Source of the DNA: Schmidtea nova
Taxonomy: Eukaryota
Direction of reading: 5' to 3'
Assembly (NCBI GenBank): GCA_044892505.1
Contig: CM097884.1
Location: forward strand, 20,522,001 to 20,586,000
DNA: 64,000 nucleotides
Shown here in pieces: positions 61,163 to 64,000 of this stretch; the stretch's first letter is position 1; every line of letters starts with the position of its first letter. The position numbers were made by a program, and so were the translations under genes. The notes beneath the pieces were generated by a model. It saw only the letters and a program-made list of their open reading frames with translations. It had not been told where the DNA came from and searched no databases.

Positions 61163-61974
61163 GGTGAGGGTTAGAATAGTCGAATATGGAAGCCAAAAAA
61201 ATAGTCGCCATAGAAAAAAAGCTTTAATTGGTTAAAATCGTCGCCAATGTTGAAACCCGAAAAAATTGTCGAAACTGTAGTACAAAAAAAAATAGCCGAC
61301 AATATTGAATCCTAAAAAAATAGTCGAAACGTTAGGGGCCAAAAATAATACAATTTTTTTAGAAGGGTGTTAGTTAACTGGGAGATAGCATTAATTATTA
61401 CTGTAATAGGTAGTAAATATTCTAAATGTATTTTAAATTAAATTACCGGGGGGAGAGTTTTTTTGTCAAAAATTAGTGTTATGAACTCAGACCGTTGTTT
61501 AAATGCCACACAAATAATAATTTTCCAATTACAAATACAAAACTTGTATCTAAATATATTTCAATTTTTGTTATAATAATGTCTTTACAAACCCGTTAGT
61601 TATACATGGTACTTATTAAATTGGAAATGAAACAAACAGACTAAAAATAAAATACACAAAAAATTATGCAAAAAAAATATTACAACTTTTATAGAACTAT
61701 ATATATATAACTAATATAGCTAAATATAGCTAATACAACTACACTATTTACATAATGTGAAAAAACATAAAGTTAGTTATTTTATTAACTTTTTCCCAAA
61801 AATTATTTGAATTAAATTGCCGACAATTTTTTGGGATTCTTATATCAAGTCATCGACTATATTTTTGGCATTTGTTGGATGTCGGTAATTTTTTTTGGGT
61901 TTGCAATCGGCTAATTTTTCGCGATCTGTCGACTCTTTTTTTGACTTCCATATTTGACTATTCTGACTTTTACC
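61163..61974. mobile_element. MITE with long degenerate TIRs (MULE/hAT-like)
   Basis: ggtgagggttagaatagtcgaatatggaagccaaaa pairs with the right end. Internal aaaaatagtcg subrepeats; 8-bp flanks aatacaac / aatgcaac (1 mismatch). Confidence 0.6.
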
Positions 61975-62119
61975 AATGCAACGAAAGAAACTCTTTACTG
62001 TTTACCATGTAGAAATCTTTGTAATTAAAATATTAGAAATTGAAGAAATTTAGCTAAAGATGGATTTACACCCAGAAAAAAACCTTGGAAAAAGTTGAAC
62101 GATGTTTTCTCATTTCACA

Positions 62120-62675
62120 AACTAGTAAATCAAAAAAAAATTCTTTTTTCAAATCCATGCTTTATGCGAGCAGAACTCCACTTGGCTGAGAAATTTTTTT
62201 TGGTTATATTTTGTAGAAGGGAAAATTATATTACATTTTTCGTGTGTCCTCAAAAAAAATTTTTAAAAAAAAATTTGTTTTCAAATTTTTTTTCAAAACA
62301 TTTATTTTTATATTAAAAGTTAAATTAATTAAATAAAAAAGCAAAAAAAAGCATTAAAAAAATTAAAAAAAAATTTCACTTGAGATGATTCGAACAATAA
62401 TTTATATTACATTTACACGCAAAATTTCTCTGAAGACACCAACACATTTACCTCTCGTCCATTGTTAAATGTATGGGGAAATTCAAATTGTTATTTAGTT
62501 AACTTAATTAACTTTTTTTGGTCAAATTTATCAATTTCCATGTATTGTCACCGGAAGTGAGCAAGTGTGCAAAATTTGAAGTGAATCGGTTGAGAGAAAA
62601 GCACTAAAAAATTGATTTGTAATTTTGTGGCACACACATATATATAGAAAGCAACCTTATATAAAGCATGGAAAA
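62120..62675. repeat. ~555-bp dispersed repeat, copy 2
   Basis: Near-identical to 47158-47713. Confidence 0.92.
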
Positions 62676-63824
62676 AAGTGCTGAATGGAAAAATAGCAAT
62701 ATTTGAATTGAAATTTTCATTCGGACTCGTTAAAAGGCAACGACACCGATAAACATATACAATTGCAAATTCTATGTAAGGTGACAAAATGGAAAGCAAT
62801 TTTACTACGTAGTTTTGTTTTTTATCATTTAGAGCAAAGGTGGGTAAACTACGGCCCGTCAATAATTTGGATACAAGTCCGTTTTTGTTTATTATTATTG
62901 CCATGTTCTAATGTCCAAAACAACACAAGAATAATGGGAAGTTAAAACTGAACTATCACATTTCAAATCAATGACAGCTATATTTTAAAAGGTGTTTATA
63001 AAAAATATGTAACACTACTCTAAAAGAAAAACAGAAGTGTTTTTAATAACGTTTTTCCTCCTGTTTTCTAATTATTGAGATTTCGATATGACAGTATGGA
63101 TAATTTATAACCAATAGCACCTGGTCAGATAGTGGAGGATACTGAGTCTAAAAGATGATAATAAATAAGTTTTAAATGTTTTAAAAGGTGATTAAATCAA
63201 CCTTTTTATTTAGGAAGGGCTTTAAAATATATAAAGAGTGGGAAGAGTGGGTATGTGTACCAGTACCGGTATGCGAATGACTTTGAAATTTAAAACAAAA
63301 ATATTTGAAAATTTTGAAAAAAGAAAATAAATGACTAAATTAATTTTTATATTTTAGTTTGTAATTTCTTATCCATTGTTTGTATTGTAATACTTAATTG
63401 GGATTTACCTAATCTCAAAAGATTATCTATACTCGTGTTATCTATGACCGCCCCATAAATAAATAAATATATATATATATATATAGTTATTTATATTTAT
63501 ATTTATAGTTATTTGTCTTTGTTATCTATTTAAGATACAACGTATTTATTCTTTTAGAGGTGTAATAACAATAGTGATTTCCAATACAGATCGTAATTTT
63601 TGTATAGTTTGAAAAAGAAAATAAGAAAATCCGTCAATAAATCTCTTTCAGAAATGTCCTGTTGAAAAATGTGTAACCGATGTACGGAGAATGGTTATTA
63701 TATTTAAAAAGGATACTTAAAATATTATGTTTACGTAAGCCTTTCTTACGCATATCATCCAGTTGTAAAAATCATTTAAAATTTTGTGAAAAAAATAAAA
63801 AAAATACTTTGATATTGGTTTGTG

Positions 63825-63826
<2 letters not shown>

Positions 63827-63870
<44 letters not shown>
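63827..63870. repeat. (TA)n microsatellite
   Basis: Direct reading. Confidence 0.95.
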
Positions 63871-63872
<2 letters not shown>

Positions 63873-64000
63873 GCAATAAATTAAATTCCATAATACTTAT
63901 TTTTGAATTTTTTATACATTTTATTATTGGTAAAGATGTACGATTGATGTATGGATGTACAAATGATGGTAATTTTATCAAATAATTCTGTGGAGTTGTG

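Noticed and set aside
1-64000. Naming the host species
   Set aside because: AT content, small introns and TE content are suggestive but not diagnostic.

Overview
AT-rich eukaryotic (probably invertebrate) genomic DNA with several assembly gaps. The main feature is a complete, apparently young 17,943-bp Maverick/Polinton (adintovirus-like endogenous DNA virus) at 26353-44295. It has AG...CT termini, a perfect 6-bp target-site duplication (AAATAC) and ~1.25-kb terminal inverted repeats (TIRs). The minus strand carries the virion/replication module: protein-primed PolB, adenain-like protease, major and minor capsid proteins, pVI/PZ-like and pX/mu-like core proteins, DDE integrase with chromodomain, and packaging ATPase. 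The plus strand carries a divergent accessory module: a TATA-binding-protein (TBP)-like protein, an acidic Cys-containing protein, a possible OB-fold SSB and a Cys-rich type I membrane protein. Seven GT-AG introns can be reconstructed in the element; six are 37-54 nt, and one interrupts the integrase just after its second catalytic Asp. Each TIR holds about 23 AP-1 (TGACTCA) and 4-5 CRE (TGACGTCA) sites. The most interesting candidate system is an integrating virus with its own TBP-like factor plus dense host-bZIP enhancer arrays. The element appears to lie in a ~30-kb intron of a CEP350-like host gene. The flanks contain Penelope-like elements with minimal hammerhead ribozymes, Tc1/mariner and MULE elements, MITEs, and actin and Hsp90 retropseudogenes. 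All protein assignments are motif recognition by eye; no database search was run.
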